Source: Bacteroides sp. (GTDB lineage: Bacteria > Bacteroidota > Bacteroidia > Bacteroidales > Muribaculaceae). Taken from it: DNA of 64,000 nucleotides. Made by a program: the position numbers and the translations under genes. The stretch is taken from assembly GCA_014802335.1 (NCBI GenBank), contig JAAVCL010000024.1, positions 7,346 to 71,345 of the forward strand, written 5' to 3'. Positions 48,708 to 58,931 of this stretch are shown one piece after another. The first letter of the stretch is position 1, and the number at the start of each line of letters is the position of its first letter. Below the pieces are notes generated by a model, which ran no database searches, was not told the origin of the DNA, and was given only the letters and a program-made list of their open reading frames with translations.

Positions 48708-49235
48708 TCAGGAATTTGGCTTTTCAAAAGAACGGATATTCTTCAATTTCATGTGAAATATCAGATTGGTATACGGCAACATCGAATCGCGGATCTGAGC
48801 TCCATATCCCGAAGCGTAGGGCACTATGAGTGTCACCGAGTCTCCGACGTGCATCGAGGTCAATGCAATCATCATCCCCACAACATTCTGGTTAACGGTG
48901 CTTGTGTACACACTGTCGGCCTTGGAATAGGTATTCTCTATTTTCGTTCCGTTAATATCTTCGAGTTCATACACAACGTCAACTGTTGAAGTTGACATCG
49001 GCGTTAGGTTTGAAGCCGTAAGATTCCGGTCGTTATGCCATTTGATATACACCGGATTGAGGGGAGCCCAGTCGGGTGCAATTTTCTGATATTCAGTTTG
49101 GTTTATGGTGGTCAGATAGGCATCGTTGGTATCTTTCCAAGTTTCATATTCATCAAGATTGCTTTTCAAGCAGCCTGTAAGAATCATTGTTGCCGGGATA
49201 AGCAACGCTACTATTTGGGTGAATTTTTTCTTCAT
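48708..49235 (-). CDS. FKBP-type peptidyl-prolyl isomerase lipoprotein
   Basis: Lipobox 'LTGC'; 'MHVGDSVTLIVPYASGYG', 'PYTNLIFHMKL'. Confidence 0.85.
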   Translation of the reverse strand: MKKKFTQIVALLIPATMILTGCLKSNLDEYETWKDTNDAYLTTINQTEYQKIAPDWAPLNPVYIKWHNDRNLTASNLTPMSTSTVDVVYELEDINGTKIENTYSKADSVYTSTVNQNVVGMMIALTSMHVGDSVTLIVPYASGYGAQIRDSMLPYTNLIFHMKLKNIRSFEKPNS

Positions 49236-49246
49236 GAGTCAGTATA

Positions 49247-49834
49247 TCAGAACTTTACTTCCGGAGCTTTTTCTGCACCGGCCTCAGCTTTAAACTGGGG
49301 TTTGGGTGTGAAGCCAAACCATCCTGCATAGATGGTTGTCGGAAATTTTTTGATGGCAGTGTTATAATCGCGAACCGCTTCGGTATAACGTTGGCGTTCT
49401 GTGGCGATGCGGTTCTCGGTGCCTTCCAGTTGAGCTTGCAGATTCATGAAATTCTCATTTGCTTTCAAATCGGGATAAGCCTCCGTAACGGCAAGTAACG
49501 ATTTGAGAGCACCGCTGAGTTCATTTTGAGCTTCTTGAAAGCGTGCCAGATTCTCTTCGGTCAGATTGTCGGCATCAATGGTAATTGAGGTTGCCTTTGC
49601 GCGTGCCTCGGTTACTTTCAGCAGTGTTTCTTCCTCGTGCTGGGAATAGCCTTTCACTGTATTAACCAAGTTCGGAATCAGGTCGGCACGGCGCTGATAT
49701 TGGTTTTCAACTTGAGCCCATGCCTGGTCAACACCTTGCTGTTGCTCTACAAGACTATTATAGTTGCACGAGGTGAGTCCCGACATTCCTGTCACGATTA
49801 CGAATGCTGCAATTATTTTTTTTAGGATCTTCAT
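49247..49834 (-). CDS. lemA: LemA family protein
   Basis: 'YNSLV', 'QYQRRADLIPNLV', 'EAYPDLKAN', 'LEGTENRI'. Confidence 0.93.
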   Translation of the reverse strand: MKILKKIIAAFVIVTGMSGLTSCNYNSLVEQQQGVDQAWAQVENQYQRRADLIPNLVNTVKGYSQHEEETLLKVTEARAKATSITIDADNLTEENLARFQEAQNELSGALKSLLAVTEAYPDLKANENFMNLQAQLEGTENRIATERQRYTEAVRDYNTAIKKFPTTIYAGWFGFTPKPQFKAEAGAEKAPEVKF

Positions 49835-49878
49835 TTTCGTTCTGTTTATAGAAGTCGTTTGAACGACTTTATTTATAT

Positions 49879-49917
49879 TCCATCATAACGGGCCGTACAA
49901 GAACCCGTTATGATGGA
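49879..49917. terminator. Hairpin downstream of glyQS
   Basis: TCCATCATAACGGG...CCCGTTATGATGGA perfect 14-bp stem. Confidence 0.6.
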
Positions 49918-49987
49918 GCGTATTGGTGAATTTTAGTCACCCGTGGGGTGTTAAGAAACTATTTACCGTGGGGTGTCAGGAACCTAC

Positions 49988-51532
49988 TTAAAGGAGTTTC
50001 TTGAGCAGTGAGTTCAGACTAACCTGACTGCCGAGAATAGTTTCCAGTTCATCAACAGAAACTCTGCGCTGTTCCATAGAGTCGCGTTCGCGGAGGGTCA
50101 CCGTATTGTCTTCGAGTGTCTGGTGGTCTACGGTGATACAGAAAGGCGTTCCGATGGCATCCTGGCGGCGGTAACGTTTGCCAATAGAATCTTTTTCGTC
50201 ATATTGGCATGTGAAATCAAATCTGAGTTTATGCTGGATTTCGCGTGCTTTTTCAGGAAGCCCGTCTTTCTTAACCAATGGCAGCACAGCGCATTTCACA
50301 GGTGCGATCGGAGCCGGGAAATGAAGAACGACGCGGCTGTCGCCGTTGCCTAAATCCTGCGCCTCATAGCAGCTGCACAGCACTGAAAGGAACATGCGGT
50401 CAACACCGATAGACGTTTCGATAACGTAGGGCACATAGCTTTCATTTAATTCGGGATCGAAATATTTGATATTTTTACCCGAGAATTTCTCGTGCTGGGA
50501 AAGGTCGAAATTGGTGCGTGAATGAATACCTTCCACTTCTTTAAACCCAAATGGCATCATGAATTCGATGTCGGTGGCAGCATTTGCGTAATGAGCCAGT
50601 TTCTCATGGTCGTGATAACGATATTTCTCGTCTCCCAATCCAAGGGCTTTGTGCCAGCGGAGACGTGTCTGACGCCAGTGTTCGAACCACTTGAGTTCTT
50701 CGCCGGGGCGCACAAAGAATTGCATCTCCATCTGCTCAAATTCGCGCATACGGAAAATGAATTGGCGGGCCACGATTTCATTGCGGAATGCCTTGCCGAT
50801 CTGGGCGATACCGAATGGTATACGCATACGTCCCGTTTTCTGAACATTCAGATAGTTCACGAATATACCCTGGGCTGTCTCCGGGCGGAGATAGACCTCC
50901 ATTGCACCGTCGGCAGTAGACCCCATTTCGGTTTTAAACATCAGGTTGAACTGGCGAACGTCTGTCCAGTTGCGGGTACCGCTGATTGGATCTACGATTT
51001 CATAGTCAAGGATTATTTGTTTGAGTTCAGCAAGGTCGTTGGCATTCATCGCGTTTGAAAAACGTTCATGAAGCTCGTCGCGCTTGCGGGCATGCTCAAG
51101 CACTCGCGGATTGGTCTGGCGGAACATGGCTTCGTCAAAACTTTCTCCGAATCTTTTAGCTGCCTTGGCTACTTCCTTGTTGATTTTTTCATCAAATTTC
51201 GCAATTTCGTCTTCAATCAGCACGTCTGCACGATAGCGTTTCTTTGAGTCTTTGTTGTCAATCAGAGGGTCATTGAACGCATCGACGTGGCCCGAGGCTT
51301 TCCAGATGGTAGGATGCATGAAAATGGCTGAGTCAATACCAACGATGTTATCGTTGAGCATTGTCATCGCTTCCCACCAATAGCGTTTGATGTTGTTTTT
51401 GAGTTCCACTCCGTTTTGTCCGTAGTCATATACTGCCGACAGACCGTCGTAGATCTCACTTGACTGGAACACAAACCCATACTCTTTGGCATGGGCAACT
51501 ATCGTCTTAAATACATCTTCCTGTTTTGCCAT
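49988..51532 (-). CDS. glyQS: Glycine--tRNA ligase (alpha2 type)
   Basis: 'SEIYDGL...YDYG', 'YLRPETAQGIF', 'FIFRMREFEQME', 'IGKRYRRQD'; start set at MAKQED (51532). Confidence 0.96.
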   Translation of the reverse strand: MAKQEDVFKTIVAHAKEYGFVFQSSEIYDGLSAVYDYGQNGVELKNNIKRYWWEAMTMLNDNIVGIDSAIFMHPTIWKASGHVDAFNDPLIDNKDSKKRYRADVLIEDEIAKFDEKINKEVAKAAKRFGESFDEAMFRQTNPRVLEHARKRDELHERFSNAMNANDLAELKQIILDYEIVDPISGTRNWTDVRQFNLMFKTEMGSTADGAMEVYLRPETAQGIFVNYLNVQKTGRMRIPFGIAQIGKAFRNEIVARQFIFRMREFEQMEMQFFVRPGEELKWFEHWRQTRLRWHKALGLGDEKYRYHDHEKLAHYANAATDIEFMMPFGFKEVEGIHSRTNFDLSQHEKFSGKNIKYFDPELNESYVPYVIETSIGVDRMFLSVLCSCYEAQDLGNGDSRVVLHFPAPIAPVKCAVLPLVKKDGLPEKAREIQHKLRFDFTCQYDEKDSIGKRYRRQDAIGTPFCITVDHQTLEDNTVTLRERDSMEQRRVSVDELETILGSQVSLNSLLKKLL

Positions 51533-51758
51533 TTTTTCGTAGAGTTTTTGTGGATATATCTCCTTACGGGACATTCAGTAGTCGCAAAAAAAACTGCGTT
51601 TCATCAGCTCATTAATTTTAGGCAACTACTCGCCAAATTAATGGATCAATCTGTCGGTCCGGTATTTCATATCCGATTATTAATCGCAAATTTAGCAAAA
51701 TTCCCGCAATATTGAAAATATGAGTTGTCCTTATTAGTGCTTATATAGTTGTTGATGC

Positions 51759-53177
51759 TTATTGCTTTAAGTTGTTGTTCAGTATTCCGGGGCCTTCCTT
51801 GATTACGAACTCCCATGCGGCATCGTGGTCGTATGGAATCCGCCCATCGAGAATTGCCTCTTTCACGGCCTCTTTTATTAGGGATATTTCCGGACCCGGC
51901 GAGAGATTGAAATGCTTCATGATTTCGTTGCCGTTAATCGGATTAGTCCAAGTGCGCAGTGCGTCGGCATCGCTGATTTCACCCATACGCTCGCGGAGAC
52001 GGGCGAAGCCTTGAAGCTGGCGACGCACCTTAACCGGATTTTTCGAGGTGATGTCGGCCTCAGCAAGAAGCATCAAATCATCGAGGTCTTCGCCGGCATC
52101 GGTGATGAGGCGTCTTACGCCCGAGTCTGACACGCCTTCTTCTCCGACACTTTGAGGACGCATGTGCAGCCCCACAAGTTTGGCCACATATTTCATCTTC
52201 TCGTTCAGCGGAAATTTCATCTCACGGAACATTCGGGGAATCATTTTTTCTCCGATGTAATTATGATTATGGAATGTCCAGCCTAACTTTTCGTCATAAC
52301 GTTTTGTAGCGGGCTTGCCGATGTCGTGGAGCAGCGCGGCCCATCGCAACCATTCATTGTCGCTCTTCTCAGCCACCTGGTCCAATACCTGAAGAGTGTG
52401 GTTGAAATTATCCTTATGCCCCTTGCCTTCCATAATTTCCACCCCCTTGAGGTCGCAGAGTCGCGGAAAAATCAGTTCCAACAGTCCGGCTTTATCCAGG
52501 AGTTTGAATCCGATAGAGGGCCGGGGCGACCGTATGATTTTACTTAACTCGTCATTGATACGTTCACGGGTGATTATTTCGATGCGCTTACGATTGCGCA
52601 CTATTGCCTCGAATGTTTCAGGCACTATCGTGAATTCAAGTTGAGTGGCGAATCGGATGGCGCGCATCATTCGCAGCGGATCGTCGCTGAATGTTATATC
52701 CGGGTCGAGAGGTGTGCGTATTTCCTTTTTATGTAGGTCTGCCAACCCCCCGAATGGATCTACAAGCTCGCCGAAGCGCTCGGAGTTCAGACAAATCGCC
52801 ATTGCGTTTATGGTAAAATCGCGGCGGTTCTGATCATCTTCTATTGTTCCGTCTTCAACAATCGGATTGCGGCTCTCGCGATGATACGATTCGCGGCGTG
52901 CGCCCACAAATTCAAGTTCAAGGTCGCCCGATTTTATCTGGGCCGTGCCGTATGTGGCATATACGCTCAGCCCTTTGCTGCGGCCCAATGCTTCGGCAAC
53001 TTTCTCCGCAAGTTCTATGCCGCTCCCCACTGTCACAAAGTCTATATCTTTCGACTGACGGTTAAGAAACAGGTCGCGCACGTAACCCCCCACAACGTAA
53101 ACTTCGCGTCCCATTGTGTCGGCTATCGAACCTATTTTTCTAAAAACCGGGTTGGTAAGATCGTTACTTAAATTCAC
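51759..53177 (-). CDS. cca: CCA tRNA nucleotidyltransferase with HD domain
   Basis: 'VVGGYVRD', 'KDIDF', 'RRDFTINA', 'DDPLRMMRAIRF', 'LLHDIGK'. Confidence 0.9.
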   Translation of the reverse strand: MNLSNDLTNPVFRKIGSIADTMGREVYVVGGYVRDLFLNRQSKDIDFVTVGSGIELAEKVAEALGRSKGLSVYATYGTAQIKSGDLELEFVGARRESYHRESRNPIVEDGTIEDDQNRRDFTINAMAICLNSERFGELVDPFGGLADLHKKEIRTPLDPDITFSDDPLRMMRAIRFATQLEFTIVPETFEAIVRNRKRIEIITRERINDELSKIIRSPRPSIGFKLLDKAGLLELIFPRLCDLKGVEIMEGKGHKDNFNHTLQVLDQVAEKSDNEWLRWAALLHDIGKPATKRYDEKLGWTFHNHNYIGEKMIPRMFREMKFPLNEKMKYVAKLVGLHMRPQSVGEEGVSDSGVRRLITDAGEDLDDLMLLAEADITSKNPVKVRRQLQGFARLRERMGEISDADALRTWTNPINGNEIMKHFNLSPGPEISLIKEAVKEAILDGRIPYDHDAAWEFVIKEGPGILNNNLKQ

Positions 53178-54358
53178 AGCTGTTGTAAATTTTCTTTATA
53201 AGGTGTCAAATTCTCAAGCCCTTCGGCTCTTACTGCGTATGTATTTTCGCAGCCCACAGCGCCTGCGCCGGGAATAACAAATTTCGGCTCGAGCGCAATT
53301 GTCATATTCTCTTCAAGCAAACTTTTATTACGTTCCATCACCACGGGGCCCTCATTAAGCTCGATGCCCACGCCGTGGCCGATAAAGGCGGCATGATGAC
53401 GATGTCCCATGAAATATTCTTTGAGGCCCCACTCCTGGGCCATGCGTTCCGCCCGACGGTACATCTCTCCGATTTCCACTCCCGGCCGGCTGTAGACTTC
53501 GAGGTCGCGAAGAATGGCGCATGAACATTCATGAGCTTTCGCAGCGAGTTCATTCACTTCTCCCACCATCCAGCAGCGTGTCATATCCGTCTGATAACCG
53601 TTGAAGCCTCCGTTCATATCCACCATTACCGACATCCCCGGTTTCATTATAACCCCGGATGCCCCAACCGGAAGAGACGGGTCCATTCCTGCTCCTCCCA
53701 TTGAAAAATCGTAGGGTGACGGTTCGTCGGCATTCGGGCCGACCAATAAACTCCCCATGTTGATTTCCATCTTCGAGCCGGCAACGCGCAGATAGCCCAG
53801 ACATCCTTCCTGGCGTAGAAGTCGTTCGATTTCTATCTGAAATTCAATATCGCTCATTCCCTCATGATACACATGTCCGATTCTTGAATAGACGGCCGAC
53901 TGGCGCATACCATCTTCTTTCATTTTGGCGATTTCGAACACAGTCTTTATCATTCGTGCGCTCCGCATCACCCTGCTTGCATCAAGAATGTCCGACTCGG
54001 GGAAAAGCTTTTTAAGTCGTTCGATTTCAGAATAGTATAGATCATCAAATTCCAGTCCGATCCGTTTGGGCATGTTATAACCGTGTTCCAATAGGAGAGC
54101 GGGAATTTGCTCGGGTTTGCGAATACTTATTTCACTCGCAGATGTGGGTTGGGCCGGTGGAATTATGAAAAATAACGGCTTCCCGGCAACAGGAATATAG
54201 AAATAACCCCTGCAGACTCCCCCTGCAAGATAAAATATATTGACAGTAGAGCCAATCAGCAACGCCTCAGCCTTATCGCGCTCCATGGCGATTCTGACTC
54301 TTTCAACACGGCGTTCGAACTCAGTGTGATTTTCAGGTGTAAGTAAAGGAAATTGCAT
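53174..54358 (-). CDS. M24 family Xaa-Pro aminopeptidase
   Basis: 'MVDMNG..NGYQTDMTR', 'GHGVGIELNE', 'ALEPK', 'GCENT'. Confidence 0.9.
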   Translation of the reverse strand: MQFPLLTPENHTEFERRVERVRIAMERDKAEALLIGSTVNIFYLAGGVCRGYFYIPVAGKPLFFIIPPAQPTSASEISIRKPEQIPALLLEHGYNMPKRIGLEFDDLYYSEIERLKKLFPESDILDASRVMRSARMIKTVFEIAKMKEDGMRQSAVYSRIGHVYHEGMSDIEFQIEIERLLRQEGCLGYLRVAGSKMEINMGSLLVGPNADEPSPYDFSMGGAGMDPSLPVGASGVIMKPGMSVMVDMNGGFNGYQTDMTRCWMVGEVNELAAKAHECSCAILRDLEVYSRPGVEIGEMYRRAERMAQEWGLKEYFMGHRHHAAFIGHGVGIELNEGPVVMERNKSLLEENMTIALEPKFVIPGAGAVGCENTYAVRAEGLENLTPYKENLQQL

Positions 54359-54374
54359 TGTGATAATGGTTTAA

Positions 54375-54875
54375 TTATTTACTTTTGCGCATTTCTATTC
54401 CTATATTCAGCAGGCCCTTGCTGCTTGATGCGTCGGCAAGAGGGGAGAGGGTGATGGAAAGGCCTTCCTTGAGCGGAGTCGCTTTCATCAGCATGAACGT
54501 AGTTTCTCTCACCCCGTACGCCTTGCGACTTTCAAGGTGGGGCCCGTTTGAACCTCCGATTATAATTGTGTCAGCCCTCACCACTCCTTCGGCATCCTCA
54601 ACAGTTACGGCAACAGGCAACTCACTGATGTTGCTGCGGGTTGCACTGCGCATTATTACCTTGAAGTCATAGAGTGTCGATGCCGGAACAAGTGAGTCGG
54701 CCGGAACCGGTTCGTATATCAGCACATCTTCCGGATTCCAGCCTTGACCGCTTATTTCGGCATAATGCACCCAATCGGGACGGTTTATATCCACACATCC
54801 CGCAAGCAGCAGGACGAGTATCAACATTATTCCCTCCATTAGCTTATGTGTCCGATAGGGTGGCTTCATCCTCAT
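54375..54875 (-). CDS. gldH: GldH-like lipoprotein
   Basis: Lipobox 'LAGC'; 'YAEISGQGW', 'DTI', C-term 'GLLNIGI'; position after PSP1 gene. Confidence 0.6.
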   Translation of the reverse strand: MRMKPPYRTHKLMEGIMLILVLLLAGCVDINRPDWVHYAEISGQGWNPEDVLIYEPVPADSLVPASTLYDFKVIMRSATRSNISELPVAVTVEDAEGVVRADTIIIGGSNGPHLESRKAYGVRETTFMLMKATPLKEGLSITLSPLADASSSKGLLNIGIEMRKSK

Positions 54876-54887
54876 TTTTATTCTTGG

Positions 54888-56198
54888 TTATTCTGAGGCT
54901 TTGTTATTTTGTCTTTTAGGCGAACCACGTCTGCGTCGTCTTTGCTGATCAGATTGCACAGGCTCCGGTTTAGGCATTTCCTTATTGACGGTTTGCTTTT
55001 TGTGCTCATCGCGGGGTTTATCTTCGTGATGTTGCTTGGGACGGTTCGGTTTGCCTTTGTCAACAGAAGGTTGTTCCGCTTGAGGTACTTTATCTTGCGG
55101 TGCTTTATCCGGCTTCTGACCGGGGTTGTTCTTCTTCTTTTTCTTATTTTTCTTCGACTTGTCGAAACGTGTCAGGCTTTCCTGCTCCACAAGATCAACC
55201 GGAGCCGATTGTTGGCGAGCCTTGTTTTCAGCTTCCGGAAGTAGTGATTCAACCTTAAGACCCTTGTTGTTGAGCGAAATTATTTCATTCACTCGGTCCA
55301 GATCGATAGTGACAAGGTTGGCGGGAATTTTTTTATCTGTGGAATAAGTGAGCTTACCTGCCAGAATGTCTGATTTAAACAGAAAGTATTCGGCATCAAC
55401 AGTCTGCAACACCGTATCTTTTGACGGCAGCTTCTTCTGTGCCTCAGAATATATGTCGGTCTCAAAGTTGAGGCAGCACTTTAGTTTGCCGCATTGGCCG
55501 GCGAGTTTTTGCGGATTCATGGAGAGGTCTTGAATACGTGCCGCTCCGGTGCCAACAGAAACAAAGTGTGTCATCCACGATGCGCAGCAGAGTGGGCGCC
55601 CGCATGGACCGATTCCTCCGATTCGCCCCGCTTCCTGACGCGCTCCAATCTGTTTCATTTCGATTCTTACCTTGAAGGTCTCGGCAAGAATCCGAATTAG
55701 TTTGCGGAAGTCAACGCGTTCGTCGGCTATATAGTAAAATATGGCTTTGCCTCCGTCACCCTGATATTCAACATCGCCGATTTTCATGTTGAGTTGTAGA
55801 TCTTCGGCAATCTTGCGACTGCGTATCATTGTGGAGTGTTCTTTCGAACGGCTCTCCTCGAATTTCTCCATATCTGCCTGAGTGGCGAGACGGAACACCG
55901 GTTTCAGCTCGGCATCTTCCTTGACCCCGTTTTTACGCATTTGAAGGCGAACCAGGCGTCCCACCATCGTGACACGGCCAACGTCGTGGCCCGGATTCCC
56001 CTCCACTGTCACTATATCGCCGATTTTCAGCGGCAGCTTGTGAGGGTTGCTGTAAAATCCGACACGGGTGTTTTTGAATGACACTTCCACCATTCCGTAG
56101 TCGTGAGAGTCCGTTATACCCTCCAGCCAGTTGGTGGCATAGAGTTTTCCCCGCGGAGCGCCTTGTTCTGAACAATATTTTCGTTTGGTCTTTTCCAC
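54888..56198 (-). CDS. ricT: PSP1 domain protein RicT/YaaT
   Basis: 'FYYIADERVDFRKL', 'IEMKQIGARQE', 'GPCGRPLCC', 'GQCGKLKCCLNFE'; basic low-complexity tail. Confidence 0.88.
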   Translation of the reverse strand: MEKTKRKYCSEQGAPRGKLYATNWLEGITDSHDYGMVEVSFKNTRVGFYSNPHKLPLKIGDIVTVEGNPGHDVGRVTMVGRLVRLQMRKNGVKEDAELKPVFRLATQADMEKFEESRSKEHSTMIRSRKIAEDLQLNMKIGDVEYQGDGGKAIFYYIADERVDFRKLIRILAETFKVRIEMKQIGARQEAGRIGGIGPCGRPLCCASWMTHFVSVGTGAARIQDLSMNPQKLAGQCGKLKCCLNFETDIYSEAQKKLPSKDTVLQTVDAEYFLFKSDILAGKLTYSTDKKIPANLVTIDLDRVNEIISLNNKGLKVESLLPEAENKARQQSAPVDLVEQESLTRFDKSKKNKKKKKNNPGQKPDKAPQDKVPQAEQPSVDKGKPNRPKQHHEDKPRDEHKKQTVNKEMPKPEPVQSDQQRRRRRGSPKRQNNKASE

Positions 56199-56201
56199 GG
56201 C

Positions 56202-57743
56202 TTATTTAGCGTAACTGATGGAACGGGTTTCCCTGATAACTGTGATCTTTACCTGACCGGGATAGGTGAGTTCATCCTGGATTTTCTTGGCGATTTCTGT
56301 GCTGAGCTTTTCGGTCTCGGCATCTGTAATCTTATCTGCCCCCACAATGACACGCAGCTCGCGTCCGGCCTGGATAGCGTATGTCTTCAACACGCCGGGA
56401 TAGGAGAGTGCAAGCTGTTCCAAGTCGTTGAGGCGTTTGATGTATGCTTCCACGATTTCGCGTCGGGCACCGGGACGAGCGCCCGAAATTGCATCGCACA
56501 CCTGCACGATCGGTGCAAGCAGCGAGGTCTGTTCAACTTCATCGTGGTGAGCCCCGATGGCGTTGCAGATATCTGGTTTTTCCTTATACTTCTCAGCAAG
56601 CTTCATGCCCAGCAGTGCGTGGGGCAATTCCGGCTCATCATCGGGCACTTTACCTATATCGTGCAACAGGCCGGCGCGTCTTGCCTTTTTCGGATTTAAT
56701 CCCAACTCTGAGGCCATCACCGCACACAGATTGGCCGTTTCGCGCGAGTGTTGCAGAAGATTCTGACCGTAGCTTGAACGATATTTCATCTTGCCCACCA
56801 TGCGGATCAGTTCGGGATGAAGACCATGGATGCCAAGGTCGATAGTGGTGCGTTTGCCGGTTTCAATGATTTCTTCTTCTACCTGTTTCCGAACTTTGGC
56901 AACAACTTCCTCAATACGGGCAGGATGGATACGCCCGTCGGTGACAAGCTGATGCAATGCCAGGCGTGCGATTTCGCGACGCACAGGGTCAAAACCTGAT
57001 AATACAATGGCTTCCGGAGTGTCATCAACTATGATTTCGATGCCAGTGGCTGCTTCAAGGGCTCTGATGTTCCGTCCCTCGCGTCCAATGATGCGTCCTT
57101 TGATTTCATCATTGTCAATATGGAACACAGTCACGGAATTTTCTATCGCCGTTTCTGTTGCAACTCGCTGAATCGACTGAATCACAATGCGTTTCGCTTC
57201 CTTGTTGGCAGTCATTTTTGCATCGTCCATGATGTCGTTGATATAGCCTGCCGCTTCGGTTTTTGCCTCGTCTTTCAGAGATTCCACAAGCTTATCTTTT
57301 GCTTCCTCCACTGTAAGACCGGAAATCTTTACGAGTTCTTCCTGGGCCTGTCGGTGCAGATGCTCAACCTCGTTTGATTTGGTTTCAAGCACTTGCTCGC
57401 GGTTTTCAAGATTTACTTTCAGATTTTCAAGCTCTTTCTTGCGTCTGTTCTGCTCGTTTTGTTGCTGGTTGAGTTGCGATTCGCGTTGTTTTAATCTTGA
57501 TTCATTGCTCTGCAGCTTTTGCATCCGCTGATTAACAACGCGTTCGGCATCCCCAAGAATCTTCATTTCTTCTTCTTTGGCCTTCAGCAGCTTTGACTCT
57601 TTGATCATCTCGGCCTCTCTTCGGGCTTCTTCCACTATAAGATTGGCACGTGATGAAGCATTATTTTTACTAATCATGCTCGCCGCGATGTAGCCGACCG
57701 CAAGCATCAGCACTGCAACGACGATAATTATTGCTATTTCCAT
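56202..57743 (-). CDS. rny: Ribonuclease Y
   Basis: N-terminal TM, coiled coil, KH '[12 protein letters not shown]', HD 'LLHDIGK', '[11 protein letters not shown]'. Confidence 0.97.
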   Translation of the reverse strand: MEIAIIIVVAVLMLAVGYIAASMISKNNASSRANLIVEEARREAEMIKESKLLKAKEEEMKILGDAERVVNQRMQKLQSNESRLKQRESQLNQQQNEQNRRKKELENLKVNLENREQVLETKSNEVEHLHRQAQEELVKISGLTVEEAKDKLVESLKDEAKTEAAGYINDIMDDAKMTANKEAKRIVIQSIQRVATETAIENSVTVFHIDNDEIKGRIIGREGRNIRALEAATGIEIIVDDTPEAIVLSGFDPVRREIARLALHQLVTDGRIHPARIEEVVAKVRKQVEEEIIETGKRTTIDLGIHGLHPELIRMVGKMKYRSSYGQNLLQHSRETANLCAVMASELGLNPKKARRAGLLHDIGKVPDDEPELPHALLGMKLAEKYKEKPDICNAIGAHHDEVEQTSLLAPIVQVCDAISGARPGARREIVEAYIKRLNDLEQLALSYPGVLKTYAIQAGRELRVIVGADKITDAETEKLSTEIAKKIQDELTYPGQVKITVIRETRSISYAK

Positions 57744-57821
57744 GGGTATATTCGATTTGGATTTTTTTAATTATGTTGATTTATATTGTTATTATCTGTT
57801 TTAAAAAATATATTAAAATAA

Positions 57822-57865
57822 ATGTCGCGGGCCCTTCCGCAACCGGCGGAAAGGCTTCGCAACAT
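57822..57865 (-). promoter_or_regulatory. Hairpin between zapA and rny (terminator/processing signal)
   Basis: Minus-strand ATGTTGCGAAGCCTTTCCGC-CGGTT-GCGGAAGGGCCCGCGACAT followed by TTATTTT; G-U pairs only work on the minus strand. Confidence 0.55.
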
Positions 57866-57887
57866 TGAATCGAAACTTCCTAAAATG

Positions 57888-58220
57888 TCATTTTTCAGGG
57901 TCGGGAGCTATAAAATAGTCTTCCGGCTCGTCAGAAGAGTTGAGATCTGTGTCAATGGCCTTGATGCACTCGTTCACTTCGGCCTGAGCTTCATTCATTT
58001 TGGCTTTCAGGTCTTCATAAAACCAGGCATACTTATAAGCCACCATTGCCAGGATCTCTCGGTTGGCTCGCGCAGGGAAAGCAAGCCTTAGTTTCCGATA
58101 AAGGCTGCTGACTTTTTTTTCCACGTCGCGCACAAAGTCCTGTTCGGCAAACTCAGCGTCTACTATCACACGCTGGTCGCCTATATTTAGATACATTCTT
58201 ATTTTGTCCGAATCGTTCAT
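57888..58220 (-). CDS. zapA: Cell division protein ZapA
   Basis: 'IRMYLNIG', 'EQDFVR', 'ILAMVAY'; conserved position upstream of rny. Confidence 0.75.
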   Translation of the reverse strand: MNDSDKIRMYLNIGDQRVIVDAEFAEQDFVRDVEKKVSSLYRKLRLAFPARANREILAMVAYKYAWFYEDLKAKMNEAQAEVNECIKAIDTDLNSSDEPEDYFIAPDPEK

Positions 58221-58252
58221 CTCCTTGTCGCGGAAAGGGCAGTTGGCTGCTC

Positions 58253-58546
58253 TTATTCCTTTAGCATTTCAAGGCAACGGTCGATGTTGCGAATCAATTG
58301 GGCGATATGGCGGCGTGTAGCTATCAGCACGTCGGGATCCGATGCCAGTCGATGTGAGATCTTCAGATATTCAACATCGAGTTCAGCTCGGTTGCGAGCT
58401 TCCAGGGCTTCGGCGGCTTCAATCCGATATTTTTCAGTCTTTTCTGAAAGTTCACGATTCAGTGCTCGCAGACGTGTATTCTCTTCGGTCAGATCCTTGA
58501 TCCTGACTTTCAGGTATCCTAAAGCTTCTGTCAAGGTGTCGGCCAT
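58253..58546 (-). CDS. Coiled-coil protein (ZapB-like) upstream of zapA
   Basis: Heptad pattern; C-term 'LIRNIDRCLEML'. Confidence 0.7.
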   Translation of the reverse strand: MADTLTEALGYLKVRIKDLTEENTRLRALNRELSEKTEKYRIEAAEALEARNRAELDVEYLKISHRLASDPDVLIATRRHIAQLIRNIDRCLEMLKE

Positions 58547-58617
58547 ATCTCCTAATTTTTACAAAATTAATAAAAAATTCCGACTTCACAAATGATTATT
58601 GAGTACTTTATTTGTTA

Positions 58618-58900
58618 TATTTTTGAGGATTTTTTGAATGGATTTGTAATTGTGCAGAAGGAATTTATCGTGCTAAACGACTGATGAACAATTCCAAAGA
58701 CAGCAAAAATCCTCAAATGTAGGGAGGAGTTCCGGGACGTCGCATTACCGGACGAGTGTAGGGACGTGGCGTGCCACGTCTGAGTAAACATCGTCCGTAA
58801 TACATCATCGCAAGGTTCAGACGTGGCACGCCACGTACCTACATTTTGCCTCCGTAATACGTTATCGCAAGGTTCAAACATGGCACGCCATGTCCATACA
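58618..58900. repeat. REP cluster with conserved upstream segment
   Basis: GTAGGGACGTGGCGTGCCACGTC (58758-58780), inverted copies ending 58842 and 58899 within a tandem duplication; 58618-58724 resembles 26672-26780. Confidence 0.8.
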
Positions 58901-58931
58901 TTATATTTAATATTTATAAAATTGTAAGAAT

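Noticed and set aside
51570-51612. CTGATGA followed by a hairpin in the glyQS leader (minus strand), resembling a hammerhead ribozyme core
   Set aside because: No GAAA after the stem, stem II is mis-spaced, and no stems I/III were found
40505-54875. gldE and gldH as evidence of gliding motility
   Set aside because: Both are widespread in non-gliding Bacteroidales; no motility-specific genes in the window
57744-57887. 6S RNA expected between zapA and rny
   Set aside because: Gap is only 144 bp, mostly AT-rich, with a single 44-nt hairpin
58755-58900. Repeat-spacer-like pattern suggesting a CRISPR array
   Set aside because: Units occur in both orientations, the spacers are themselves repeated, there are at most three units per cluster and no cas genes; fits REPs
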